From: Parasitella parasitica NRRL 2501
Taxonomy: Eukaryota; Fungi; Mucoromycota
Assembly: GCA_025201805.1 (NCBI GenBank)
Contig: MU619245.1
Span: 6,697 to 70,696, forward strand
Direction: 5' to 3'
Length of the DNA: 64,000 bases
The position numbers were made by a program, and so were the translations under genes. The notes beneath the pieces are model-generated. The model saw only the letters and a program-made list of their open reading frames with translations. It was not told where the DNA came from and did not search any database. Shown in pieces: positions 38,859-52,903 of this stretch; within the stretch, counting starts at the first letter, position 1; each line of letters begins with the position of its first letter.

Positions 38859-40811
38859 TTAGATCGTTGAAGATTCTTCATCGTTAAAAGAAAGCTTTTC
38901 GTTTTTGCGACTTTCCTCATCGCCTCTTCCATCAGCCATAAATACACGTTGCGCACCACCGACCCTCTTGATTCTGGCAAGTGCGTCTTCTTGTTGGTCT
39001 GTGTTGTCATAAGGCAGAACCAAATTGAGGAATATAGACATGATGCCTGCAATGATGTAGCCAGTACTCACGACAGTATCAACAGCCTCCATCAAGCCTT
39101 GAAGAGCCTCATTTTCAAAAGTAGGTAATACATTATCGAACCATGTAGGCACAAGAGATACACCTAAGGCCAGCGCCATGGAAGAAGCAACAATGACACG
39201 ATCACGACGAGTCCAATCCAGGTAGCCCAGAATACGGATACCGGAAGTAGCTACTGAGGCAAATAGATAGACTGTCATACCGCCGATCAATGGCGCAGGG
39301 ATTGCTAGGAAGGCAGCGGAGATCTTGCCAAATATACCGCAGATAATCAACATGGCAGCACAGACAATACCAGCACGACGGTTAGCACAGCGGGTGACAG
39401 CAATGATGCCATTGTTTTGGCTGAATGTGACCACACCCATACTGTTGGCTAAGCCAGAGAATACACCAGAGATGCCATCAGCTAAAAGCCCACCTTGGCA
39501 TCTTTCCTCAAACGACTTGCCTTCGATAGGCAGACCAGATACATCACTGGCAGCAGTCAAATCACCGAGACATTCAATGATCATGTCTAGTTGAACAAAT
39601 AAAAACGGGATAATGCCAGGCCCATAAACCGAGAAATCAAAATGCTTGACCCACAAGAAGGTACCAACAGGAGCAGCAGCGATGCCACTGTTATCAAACA
39701 TGCCAACGCCAGCGCCAATGATGCAGCCAATCAACAAACCAATGACAACCGAAATATTCTTGAGGAAGACAGAACCTACTAATTCAATCACTACAATGGT
39801 GAAAAAGACAGAAGCACCCAAGGCAAAGTTGACTGGACCGCCCCAAGGCTGGGCATTGGGAGCATTGATGTTTGGACAGTTGATGAACATGCCAGTCGTA
39901 GGACGGCTCATACAAGGGCCAGCTCCCCCGCCCCAGTTCTTCATACCAGAAGCCAACAAAGAGGTGCCAATGACAGTTAAAACAATACCCATGACAATCT
40001 TGGGAAACAATTTACGGATGATACGAGGGGGTAAGAAACTAATTAGGATTGACAGCAGAGCACAAATCATTTGGGTGCCGAGAACAGCACCAAAGGCCGC
40101 AGGGCAAGGCAGATAGTTAATTGTACCGTCTTCGAGAACCTCAGACGGGCAGGCGCCACTTTTGTACATGTTTCCTATGATTGCTTGTGCTGCTGGCATG
40201 TTTGAGAAAGCTACACCTGTAATCTGGAGCAAACCAGCACCTATGAAATACTTGGTCTTGTAGATGGGGATACGGACAATCTGAACCAAACTATGTGGTA
40301 TCTGATTAGGGAAAAATGGCTTTATCAGTTGGTGTAACTTGCTCACTCTTACCTCATTAGGCCAGAGACAATAAGCGAGCAGGACACCATGTACTGGCGC
40401 ATGTCACTGTCAAGATTCAAAAACGAGCTACCTGCACCTGAGATCATGATCGTAGGAGAGATGATGCCACCAATAACAGCAAGGAAGTCTATGTTTTTTA
40501 TCAGATTATGCATGTTACAATTACTGCCAAAGTAAATATTTACGCTGGAGCCCCATTAATGCAGTGACTAGAATAGGGATTTCATCATCTGGGCCATAGA
40601 ATGGAGAGCTGTTTGCTTTGCGATGAAAGAATGGAATATGAGGCATGCAAAGTGCACGGTAATCATAGTCGCCTACCCAGCCATCTCTTGTAGTCAATTT
40701 ATGCTTGATACGACCCCATCTTGTGCTTGGCGCTTGAACTGGAGCATAAAGTTCTTGAACCTGGGATACATTCTCAGTTTGTATATCTTGACTAGAATAC
40801 TTTTGATCCAT
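38859..40811 (-). CDS. NCS2/NAT purine (uric acid-xanthine) permease, UapA/UapC-like, 3 exons
   Basis: LMGLQH-type TMS1 motif split by an intron, NAT signature TFSQNNGIIAVTRCANRRAG, GDLTA, GGLLADG, WTRRDR. Confidence 0.93.
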
Positions 40812-41027
40812 GGTGTTTTTTCTATATTTATCAATTGATGATGAAAAGATGGGATTTAGGGCATGAATGGCATCCTTTATATATGGCTTTTCTGTTCCGT
40901 TTGATAGTTTATCAAAAGTGCACAGAACAATGGAGGTTTCAAATTGGACACAGATAAATCGGGGATCACAAAGATATTACGCTCGCTTTCTTTCTCTTGT
41001 TAGATTTTCTCACCCAAGGGAAAAAAA
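40812..41027. promoter_or_regulatory. 216-bp divergent promoter with clustered HGATAR (GATA-factor) sites
   Basis: Lies between the head-to-head ATGs at 40811 and 41028. TGATAA(-) 40828-40833, TGATAG 40902-40907, TGATAA(-) 40909-40914, AGATAA 40952-40957. Confidence 0.5.
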
Positions 41028-41974
41028 ATGTTATCTTGTATCTTTCTTATCAATATTTTTATTGCGATTATTTCTTTTGTGAATGGTGAAATCAGCAATC
41101 CCTGTCAATCCCTATCTGAAAAACAGGATTTGGACGAGTGCTATATGAATTTAGCTCTCGATTTGGGATTACAAAGAAATCCTCGTGCCCCATTTGGCAC
41201 AATTATTGTAAATCATGTAGAGAATAAAATTAGTTGCGTAGGTGTCAACGAAAATGACAAGGATATTTTGCTGCATGGTAATAGAGTAAATTTGATTTGA
41301 ATTGAAAAATATTAACGTGCTACTGATTAGGCGAAACTGTGGCATTCAAAAAGTATTATACCTGCTATGTTCGAAATCTAAATATCTTATCTTTTTTTTT
41401 CTTAATCTATAGCTGCACTGAAATGTATCCTTCTCCCACAAACGATGATCTGAAGAATCCCGGGTTACGATGGAATGATCAAACATTGTATACAACTGGT
41501 GAGCCTGTGAGTACTATTCATATCCATTTGATACACTAATATACTAACATTAGTTTCTTTTCTAGTGTCCCATGTGTGCCGCACAAATCATGTACCGTAA
41601 AGTGAAGCGAGTTGTTTGGGCAACATCTACCAAAGATATCAGTAAAAGCGGAAGAATGGCCCAATTCACAATTGACATGTAAAATTACATAAAATTACAT
41701 ACATACCGCATAGTTAACATATGCACTTACACATGCTGTTCACATTAGTCATCATATCTTTAACTCAATGAAGGTCTTGAACTCGACATCTATTGATCCT
41801 CCCGTTGTTGAAGGCGGTGTTTTGAAAGAAAAATGCGATCATGCCTTTTGGTGTGCTTTCAAGGAATACCGCGACGAAGCTTACATGAAGTTTATGGAGA
41901 ATACTGACAACCTGGATTATGTTTTGGAGCTTAACGGCAAGTTTCCATGTGTAACTATTCCCTGGCATGTTTAA
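41028..41974 (+). CDS. Zn-dependent cytidine/dCMP/guanine deaminase-family protein with N-terminal signal peptide, about 5 exons
   Basis: Hydrophobic leader MLSCIFLINIFIAIISFVNG. YMNLALDL..APFGTIIVN, spliced HGETVAF (HxE) and LYTTGEPCPMC (PCxxC). Confidence 0.88.
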
Positions 41975-42840
41975 AATCATTTAATCTGGGAAAATATACG
42001 TTTTTGTATGACAAAATGTTGAAATATACCAACTCCTTTTAAATATACATATCCACTGGCTTTTATTTTGAGGAGCCTTATATTGTACACATCGCTAATC
42101 CTCTATAATACTCGTCAGAAGTCTTATGTGATGCATCGTATCAGTTTAAAGATGCTTTAAAGTAGAAGATTTTGGATCTGGGTGTGTAGTCTAATGAATA
42201 AACCCACAGATGTCAAGTTCTATACCCAGGAAATTGCGTTCCTAAAAAAAAAGAAAAAAAGAAATCATCCTATGTCTGATCCAAATGTTGTAAATATATT
42301 ATATGTTGGATAAACATAAACCTTTAACCGAGTTACAATTTTAGTAGCTTTTTGGTGAACGTAATTGTAAAGTTACCACTGCCAATAGTCTATGCATACA
42401 AATAGAACAGTGTAGAGCTTTTTAACACTGATTAAAAATGCAGCTCGACTCCAGATTAAGACCCTTGATGTTATTAGGTTCACTCGCATTGCTATTATAA
42501 GGCAGAGCATTTCAAAAACGACATTGCTGCTACATCTGCATATAATTTCGAGATATGGGCTAAAATAAAGCCCGTTTGTCAGTGGGGTCTACTTTGGTCT
42601 GGGAAATATACTATTGTCGAGTGAAAACATGTCAAGTTAAGGATCACGTGGAAATAAGGCTGAACCTATATGGGGGGTATTCTCAATATACCGACCTGAT
42701 TATCCAAATATACAAGTTGAATGTGGGACCAAGAAAATGCTGCGATATGTATAAAATGAGCGAGGAACCTTCAAATATCACACTTCTCTCTTTTTCTTTT
42801 TTCTTTTCCCCTCTCTCTTCCTTAATAATCTTACCCAACA

Positions 42841-44036
42841 ATGAGTGATTTCTTGAGAATAGATTTGTCAAATTTTGAAAATAGAAAAGAAGAGATTGCA
42901 CAGGATCTGATGAAAGCTGCCTCCGAGCATGGTTTCTTTTATGGTAATATACGCTTCTCTCTTATCTCTTTGTGCGATGAAAGATATACTAAAGCAAGAT
43001 CTTTTTGCTAGTGGTTAATCATGACATCTCAGTAACTGACATCACTGCCATGTTTGACTCAAGTCATTCCTTTTTTGAACTGCCTGATAGCGCCAAAGAA
43101 AACTACCCTATGGATTATCCAAGAAATGCAGGGTGGGAAAAGCTATCGCAGGTATAGATGCAAGTAATACATGCACAAAGTTTGGCAAATAAACAATATC
43201 GATAGATCCGCCCATCCACTGGTGTTGCAGACTTGAAAGAATCTTTGCAACTATCATTTCATAGTGCCTCGGATCTTCGACCAAGTGACGAACATGTTCC
43301 TGGATTCGACCAAATAGCAAACCACTTTATGGAGCAATGTAACAATGTGTCTCAACAATTATTGATATGCTTTGCTATTGGACTTGGATTCCCTCAAGAT
43401 TTCTTTACAAGATGCCATGATATCACCCAGCCTGACTGCCTCAATTCTCTTCGCTGCATGCGTTATTTTGAGCATAAAAATCAAAAGCAACAAACAACCT
43501 CGTCCAACATCGGTGCTTGTCGTGTTGGGGCTCACAATGACATTAATACATTCTCTCTGTTATTTCAGCAGCCTGACCAGAATGGCCTCGAAGTCTTCCA
43601 TGATAATGTTTGGACACCTATCTCGCCTAGACAAGGCGAAATTGTCTGTAATGTGGGTGACATGATTGTTCGCTGGTCTGATGATCGACTCCAAAGTAAA
43701 CTTCATCGTGTCAGAAACCCAAACGGCGACCAAGATTATCAGGGTCCTCGCTATGCACTAGAATACATTAATGAAGCAAACAGATCCGTCATCATTCAAG
43801 GTCGTACCAAATATACCCAGCCTATTACTGCTGGCGAGTTCTTGATGATGGCTATGGAAAAAAACTACAAAAAAGTTATTTTGGATCAGGACATAACTAT
43901 CACTGGCCCAGTTACATCGGTGCCCACCGCCCAATCCTTGCAGACTAGTACTAAAACATCTGCTTCTACAACAGCAGCATCTACAACTTCCACAGAAGAG
44001 ACTCCCATGACACCGCCTGTCCTGGTTACTGTTTAA
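42841..44036 (+). CDS. 2-oxoglutarate/Fe(II) dioxygenase, IPNS/DIOX family, 3 exons
   Basis: IDLSNFENRK..HGFFYVVNH, RVGAHNDINTFSLLFQ (HxD), NVGDMIVRWSDDRLQSKLHRV (distal H). Thr/Ser-rich C-terminal tail. Confidence 0.92.
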
Positions 44037-45503
44037 AGTTACTCACTATTCTCTTTTAATATTCCAAAAAGTTGTAGATATTTTCTTTCTTGACGTTTGT
44101 AGTAATAGCGGTTGCAGCACTCCGCTTTAACAAACCTGTACATTCTTCCTTTCTTACTCCTCACAAGCGCACACAAGCACACACTTTCCACTCTGTTAAT
44201 CTCGGTAGTTTCTCTTGTTTCTCCATTATATTTTATTTTTTCAGAGATTAAACGTTTTTTTTTAAGCCATATGTTTCGAACGATACATTTATTTTATGTG
44301 TCTATTATTCAAGTTTGAAGGCCGGACACAAGCTTAATCCCTTGGGAAATTAACGCAAAAAAGCTTTAATAGTTTAGCTATACTAATTATCTTATACGTT
44401 ATCTATCTGTCAGCATTGTTATATTTTACAGCAGTATGGCTTTGTATATCAAACGACTAAAGATGCTACTGCTGCCCTAATTTGCATTATTCAGCCATCA
44501 CGTTCATTCATGAGGGTGGGAAATCTCTATGTTAATAAATCAAATTTATCCACAGCAGCACATGAGAATTTGAATACATTGTTAAGTCAATCATTATCAT
44601 GGATAGAAATTCGTGTTTTCTGAAGAAATAAAAATATGTTTTATACAATTACCAGTGAAAGGCACGTTTTACGTGATTGAAAATTAAAAAGAAAGTTGCA
44701 GCAGATTTTTATTCATAACATGTATATCATATTCCATGAGACGACAATCTATCAAAGGATAACACCTTTTTTTTTTAGATTTACTAAAAAGATGGTACAC
44801 GTATACAGTTTGAAAATATACCATTAATCGAATTGGATACAAAACAATTAAATGGTACCTGAAACCGTGCGATTTAGGCAAACATATTACTTTGTACTAT
44901 GAAAGTCTCAGGGTACGTACCGTAAAATGGGTTGAGCACCTTAAAGATTATGTTCTACAAAGCAAGTGGTCACAGTTCTGCACCTCTTATTATGTGTTTG
45001 ATGTTTGTATTTAGCAATTCAAGTGAAGATGTATAATTCACATGGAAAAAAAGGTTTAATAAAGCTATATGTCGCATGAATAATCATGTGTTTGAAAAAA
45101 CTGACAACAGCAAGCTATTTGACACTGTTTTACATATTATCAAATTAGATATACAGCAATGTTTGCCACAGTACATGACTCATAAAGTTGCTATTATCGC
45201 TGCTTTTGGCAATATTTAACCCTTTGAAAATCTGCTCAGTCTGATAAAATACTTGAAAACGACAACGTAATTTTTGTTTTCATCAAAAAGACTAATGTCA
45301 ACTATATAGCGTAAATATTTATATATTATGAATTAGTTACAGTTACTTACGTTAGCTGGTATCTGTAAGATACAATAAAAATCATGGCCGAAATTTATTT
45401 AGTTCTTTAGGATGATCATTTTGTATATAACAATGGATAATTAGAGATTATATGCAGATATTCAGCTTATTTTTTATTCTAATATTAATACACAATGAGG
45501 AGT

Positions 45504-46605
45504 CTATTGTTCCAAAACAAATCTGAACCTAGGTTTTCCATCTCTGAAATCTTGGATAGCCTCATTGACCTTTGAGAATGGGTAGGTTTTAATCCAAGGA
45601 CGGATGTTGTGTTTAGCAGCAAACTCGAGCATATCTTCAATTTCAGAAGGGGAACCGATTAGAGAGCCAGAGATGTTAACTTGATGCATAATCAATTGCA
45701 TGCCAATTTGAGGGAAATCCCAGCCAGGAGCACTGACATTAATGAAATGACCATTAGCTTTAATCAAGTTGAAGTAACGAGCCCATTCGAAATCACGGCT
45801 GGTACCAGTACAGAGAATATGTGTCAATTGCTTTTTGTATTTAGCCATAGACTCGTCGTTACTAGTGTTGATGTAATCATCACAACCGAGATCTCTTGCG
45901 ATTTCAATCTTGTTGTCGTTATGAGACATGCCAACCACCTTGGCGCCCATTGCTTTGGCAAAAAGAACTGCAAAATGGCCTAAACCACCAATGCCCATAA
46001 CACCAACAACAGAACCTTTCCCAACGTTGGTGCGCTTTAAAGGAGCATAGGTAGTGACGCCAGCACAAAAAAAGGTTGCAGCAACTTCACTGGGCAAGTT
46101 ATCAGGGATTTTGAAAGCAAAACGATAATCACCACGCCATTTATCAGCATAGCCGCCAGAAGAAGGGGTTCCACAAGGCCAACGACCGGCATAAGTGCCA
46201 ATGTTTCCGTTAATACAAACATTCTCTAAACCTTCTTTACAATGGGTGCATTCGCCACAAGATCCTGATTGAGCACCTACGCCAGCTCTGTCACCAACGA
46301 CCAGGTTCTTGACATTCTTACCAACACGGGTCACTCTGCCAACAATTTCGTGTCCCACACAGATTGGATAGTTTGTGGCAAACCAATCGCTATCAAGAGT
46401 GTGAATGTCAGATCCACAAATACCACAGTGAGAGACATCCATTTCGACGCTATTGTCATCCCATTCTTTCAACTTCATCTCGATTTGCTTAAGAGGCTCG
46501 CCTGATATGATGTCATTGATGATTAATCACCTTTGATAACTAATTTTGAGCACTCTCACCTTTAGCTACGCCAGCCCAAGCAGTAAAATGGTTTTCAGTA
46601 GACAT
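45504..46605 (-). CDS. NADP-dependent Zn alcohol dehydrogenase (CAD/ADH6-like), 2 exons
   Basis: CGICGSDIH, VGHEIVG, structural-Zn CxxCxxCx7C, GIGGLGH, RFRFVL. Confidence 0.94.
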
Positions 46606-47955
46606 ATTTTAGATTATAGAATTGATTGAAAAGATATATATTTAAGAAATCATCTTTTTTATATTTAAATTTCCAATAGTCTGGTTTTCTAAATAAGGAA
46701 CTATGTTACGTTATCCTCTTTCTTTAACTTGAACTACTTCGGTGTTATTTGAAACATCATTCACGTTAATTCGCTGAATAGTTAAGACCGACTTTTTCGA
46801 TGATTAATCAAAGAGACTGTCGTTTAGAATTGATATGAAAAAAAAAAATGCAATCAACTATCACTGCATTCCGCATGTCAAATTTAATAAAACCAAGTTG
46901 TGGACGACTTCAGCGATCCTGGGTTACTTGATTTTGTGACAGATCTGCATAAAAGCTGAAAATGGTTCGATTTAATCGACTGCTGTTTGCTTAAAAGTAT
47001 CTCTATCAATGAAAATATGAATATGTATGAAGTCATTAGCAGAAATTATGTGAAAACTGCATAAAATCACTGATAGGCTTTGATAGAAAGGCAAATAAGA
47101 CCTCATTAAAACAAGCAGGATTATCGCTATCTGAGTATACCTTAGTTTCCATTGGGCGATGCGTCTATCAAAAGTTATGTACAAAAACATCGCAGATATC
47201 AGACATTTGAGTATAATTTCTGCTTAAAAAACCTTAGAACCGATATTCAACTTGAAAAACATAGCGATACTTTAGTGCTATCTGGCGAAAATATTTGCAC
47301 TCATATTTCTATTGCTATCTATAAGGTTATGAGCAGAAAACATAATTTTTATATCAAAATTACACATAAAAATGCTAATAGGCTTCGCCAAAGAACAAAG
47401 TACGGTGATTAATTTACGTTTGGATGATATTGGCAGAAACAGAGCTATCCGAACATGACTTTATTCCCACTGTGCAATTTTTCTATCAAAAAGTATTATG
47501 CACTACTTCTATTTGAGTGAGTAGTCATTATAAATATTTGCGACAAATAATGGTTTTATGATTAATTCTGTTATTATTTCTCTACTAAGTAGAAAAGTTA
47601 CCGGTATTTAACATTAGTAGACACGATCACTAGGAACGATAACTATGACAACGTAGTCAAAATAATAGTAGCCATTGTATTCTATCAATACAGCAACATT
47701 ACTAAAGATCAGCTAGCTGCTAAAAATTCTGTTAAGTTGTTCCTGCGAAATATTTGAGAAGAACTCATCATAGTACGATTGATGTGATATGAATCCATAG
47801 AATGTTGCCAATCCAACCTAGTGATCCGATCTGTATTAAATTCAAGTATTTGAGAAGCAATGATGACTTCCAAATTTTGATAAGCATCGTGTTTTGTTTG
47901 CCATACGATTTAAAAAAAGCTATCGTATAAATTAATATATTAACGTAAAAATTAT

Positions 47956-50559
47956 ATGACAAATACCGTATATATGTTGTTGTTCTTACTGCTTATTAGT
48001 GGTCAAATAAGCTCAAGTTGTACACTTGGTAAGTAATACACATGCTAATAATCAGCAAGACTTTCAATAAATAAGACCTCGATCTCCTGGTTAATGGTAG
48101 AACGATATGATGTTAAAAAGGTTATAACGACATTCTGAATAGTGGTAATATGGAGCTCCGCTGGAAGTAGCAATAAGTAATCTTTTATTTGTTCTGTCGA
48201 CTTTGAAACCCTCTATTTACCACTTGTATTTTATGGGCTATCAAAATTTGATCAATTGCGAGAATGCAACGGCAATTTCCGTCGGAATCAGCGCAAACGA
48301 TTTGATCTACAAATCATCAATCCAACGCCGTCTTTTTGGTCGTATTGTAAAGTAATATAAAAGCCGTATAAAATTTTTTGTTTTAACTTTTCACAACAGG
48401 TATCTCAAGGTGATAAGTTCGAATGGCCCCTACATGGCAGGTCTATTGCCATTGAAATCAACGGAGTAATTGGAAGTTCACCAAACTCTCAATTTATGAA
48501 AATTGCTCGAGATTTTACACAGTTTGAATTTGAAATTATGCATCACTGTCAGATACTTGCCTTACAAGATAAAAGAAATATTTACGTTACAAGTTTGATA
48601 GACATGATGCGTAAGATATACAGAAGTTTTTTTTTTTAATCTATTCAGGCATTTATTTGAGTGTAAAATTTTAGGATGCTCATTCGAAAACTCAGAGGCA
48701 TATCGTCAACTGGGCATCCCGGTTGCAAAATCTATTCTGATTCATGGTGTGTCTGGTGTTGGAAAAACTAGACTAGTCAAGTATGTTTGTCCAAGCCCAA
48801 TATCATAGTGAACATTAACATCTAATCTTAATTTAGATGTGCAAGTGGTTTGCTCGCTAGTACCGTGTATCAAATCTCGATTCATGACTTGATAGCATTC
48901 AGCGATGAAGAGTGCGCCCTGCCTGAATTTTCAAACTATAATCCGTTCAGTTTGTTGATAGAAAAAGCGACACAAAACGCACCTTCGACGCTGATTGTCC
49001 GTGATTTAGATGCACTCTTAGGTGGAGACAAAACCAAAAAAATCCTGGATATCATTTCACAAGGTATCAATAGCATTGGAGATAACATTCCAGTGTGCAT
49101 TGTCGGTCTAGCACGAAATCTTAGGGCACTTCCAGAGCCACTGCACAAAACAAATATATTTAGACAACACATGACATTACCGATACCTACACTGTAAGTT
49201 GTTTTCAAAAGTGACCCTATTGATCAGCTAATGTGCCAATATCGCCAGCCCGCAGAGGAAAGATTTATTGCACATCTTCTTGAACGATTTTGATCTAAAA
49301 GGTATAAATGGTACATCAGACCTAGTGGATTATTATGCGACACAGATTAGCATGGTAACTAGCAGAATATTTTGTATCCAAAATACAAGACAACTGATCG
49401 AGACCCCACGTTTCAGAGAACTTCAGGATACGTTGCAAGGGATTTAAAGTTACTAGTAAGACAAGCCAAATTAAAGTCGATGCGATCAGTAGTACCAGAA
49501 ATGGACATTGCAGATCAGTTGGGGCAACTCTCATTGTCATCAAGAAAGCAAGTCGAGTGGTCAGACTTTGAATACGCCTTGGACACTTATCAGCCCTCTC
49601 AGCGAGTTGAAGTGGAGTCAAACTTGCCTAAAAGAGATTGGGACGAAATGGGCGGTTATCAGGCTATCAAAGATAGAATGAAGCAAGCGATTCTTCTACC
49701 ATTGTTGCAGCCACACAAGTTTACGAAATTAGGCATCCAACCACCTTCGGGGCTACTATTGTATGGGCCATCTGGATGCGGTAAGACAGCACTGGTCCAG
49801 GCACTAGTTTCGGAATCCATGATGAATGTTATATCAGTCAAAGGGTAAGAAGTCTGAATGTCATTACCAGCTATTGTTGACAAACATACAATTTGCAGAC
49901 CTGAAATTTTCTCTAAATACCTTGGTGAAACCGAAAATAAACTTCGAAAATTGTTTGCGACAGCCAAGCGAATAGCACCTTGTATAGTTTTTCTAGACGA
50001 AATGGATGCAATTGGCACTAAGCGAGGATTCAATATGGGAGATAGCAGTGGCGGTGTCAACGAGCGGGTGCTCAGTACGTTGCTGAATGAGATGGACGGC
50101 GTAGAAGGCAGACAAGGTGTTGTGGTGATTGGATGTACGAATAGACCCGATCAAATTGACGATGCCATTCTTCGCCCTGGCAGATTAGATCAGCTGGTGT
50201 ATGTTGGGTTACCCACTTTGGAAGATCGCATTGATATCATTAGGACTTTGTTAAGAAAGGTCTCGACATATGGCATCGAAATCACTGAATTGGCTTCCCA
50301 AACTGAATTTTGCTCGGGTGCAGATTTGGAGAATTTATTTCGGTCAGTACATCAAAAACATGAGATTTGGTCTTTAATAACACTTTTAATAAATAGTGAG
50401 GCGGGTACTGCAGCATTAAGAAAAGATCTTGCGGCAGAACATATTACTTTGCAAGATGTTGAATCAGTGATTATACCAATTTGCGAGCGGGCAGAGGATC
50501 AAATCTTGCAAGGCCGATTAAACATTTACGAAAAGTTTTTGCATGATCACAGCCTATAA
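47956..50559 (+). CDS. CDC48-family double AAA+ ATPase (AFG2/SPATA5L1-like); 5' exons uncertain
   Basis: D1 Walker A IHGVSGVGKT with degenerate Walker B LIVRDLD. D2 LLYGPSGCGKT, FLDEMD, LLNEMDG, TNRPDQIDDAILRPGRLD. Confidence 0.85.
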
Positions 50560-50686
50560 ATGATTAAATATATAAACAAAATTGGCTGTGTAACAAATTG
50601 CTCTTTGCACGTGTGCCGTACTTTGTACTCTTTTTGTACGCTTTCTTTTCTTTTTCTTTTTCTTTCATTTGCCAACAATAAAAAGG

Positions 50687-52736
50687 ATGCTTTCCTCTGC
50701 TTCCCCTACGTCTGTAACGTCAGTAGAAGACATCGTCGTCAAGACATCAGAATCCACAAATGCCGACAGCCAGGTCATCTCGAAATTAACAGATGTCGAT
50801 GTATGTGTGTAATAGCGGCGGATTAACCAACATCATTCTAACAGCCTGTTAGGGTGGATTTCAATGCTTATTGGATAAAGTCAAGTTTGATATGCAGGCA
50901 GCAAAAGTAAGTTACTCACTCATGAAAAGAACAATGCACTGAAAATATTTTTCAGGACGTAGCTTTCTTTCTAAAGAAGAGAGCCATTATCGAAGAAGAA
51001 TACGGCAAACAGATGATTAAATTGGCTCAATCCATGACTGAATCTTATGACAAAGGCCATTCAAAGTCAAAGTACACTCATCTCATCACTAATCAATTTT
51101 TATATACTGACATTTTACATACTAGCACTTATGGAACAGTCTGGACACAATTCCTGAAAGTGCACGAAACCATTGGAGATCAAAGAGTTAAATTTTCAGG
51201 TGATATTGCAGAGATAGCTGACGATGTGCAAATCATGTGCAAAGATACTGAAAAAAGCAGAAAGCAAGTAAAGGAACTAGGGATCCGACATGAACGAAAT
51301 CGCCTGGATGCCGAAAGTTCATTAGAAAAGGTGGGCGGGGTGAAGAGACTAGCAAAGAAAAGGAGACGCCTAACAGATTTAACAGAGCAAGCAAAAGTAT
51401 GATATGCTGAGCGAGGACTGGGAAAGGGCAATATTAGCCAGAAACAATAACGATTCAGACCATTTACCAAAGAAAGGCGGCATTTTCAAAAGCAACAAGA
51501 CTCCAACGCAGGTAAAATAGGAGAAGCTCATTTGCATACGCTTTTACTAACAAGTCTACACATTAACAAGCTAAAGAAACAAGTGGACGAATCTTGTATT
51601 AAAGCGAATCAGGCTCAAACAACATACAAAAACCAACTGATCACAGCAAATGCGGCTCGTCAAGAATACTACCAAACACAATTACCGTCAGATTTGATAA
51701 CACTGAAAAGCGTAGATGATGAATGTTGTACAGCCATCCGATACCAGTTGGCCAGATATGCCTACATGTTTGAAGAATCAATCACGAGAGATGGATTGGC
51801 ATTAGATAATGATGATGGACAGGGTCTTCGATCATTGACAGAAAAGATTGATTATCAGACTGACATTGCCGAGCTTGTTGAAGAGTTCAGCGGAAAGGCT
51901 AACAGCGCCAAAAAAGAAGATATACCCTACAAAGAATATCCCATGTCAACCACTGCACTGAATGTATTGAAACCTAATCCTGTATTTGGTGTTGATTTAA
52001 CAAGGTTAATGCTGAGGGATGGCCAAGAGGTTCCTGCAGTCGTTATCAAATGCGCAGAAGCTGTGGAAGCAACTGGATTGAAGACGGTTGGATTATACCG
52101 CGTGTCAGGCACCAGCACACAGATCCAAAGATTAAAAAGTGCACTTGACAGAGGTTGGTACTAGACGTATCCTTTGATGATGCAGACATTATTTACTTAA
52201 TTTTTTCTTCGACAAGATTGCGCTACAGTAGATTTGACTACAGAAGAGAATTCGACAGATGTTAACAATATTACAAGCCTGCTAAAATTGTGGTTTAGAG
52301 AGTTACCGGATTCGCTATTTCCTCAATCATCATATCCGCATTTCATGAATGCAGCTAGAATTGAAAATGATCGGATGAGAGTATTGGGTCTGCACACTAT
52401 AATTAACGATCTACCAGATGCGCATTATGCAACATTAAAGTACATTATGTGCCATCTTGACAAGTAAGTTGATTTGGTGTCAGAGTAACCGTTTCTATAA
52501 TTTATGACTTTATATATGCCAACAGGGTTCAGCAGCTGCAAGAATTCAATAAAATGACGACAGCCAACTTGTCTACAATATTTAGCATGACATTAATGGG
52601 TGGAGATCAAAGTAACCAGTCTACTGCGTCTTCGCAACAAGAAAACCAAAGATTAGCTGACACGCACTGGCATGTTAAAGTGGTCCAGACAATCTTGGAG
52701 AATTATCGCTTAATTTTTGAACCTGATGAAGAATAG
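50687..52736 (+). CDS. F-BAR plus RhoGAP protein (Rgd1-like), multi-exon
   Basis: FLKKRAIIEEEYGKQM (FCH), PVFGVDL, GLYRVSG (arginine finger), SLLKLWFRELP, NKMTTANL. Confidence 0.9.
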
Positions 52737-52903
52737 AGCAATGTTGTAATATCTAATAAACAAATCTCTATTGTACCTTTTTTTTTTGCCGTGCATATTT
52801 AAAAAACAACCAATGTGTATTAATGTGGCGCCAACAAACATTTTGATTTTGATTTTTTTTTTATTATTATTGTCTTTTTATCTTTTCTATAAAAGTTATT
52901 CAA

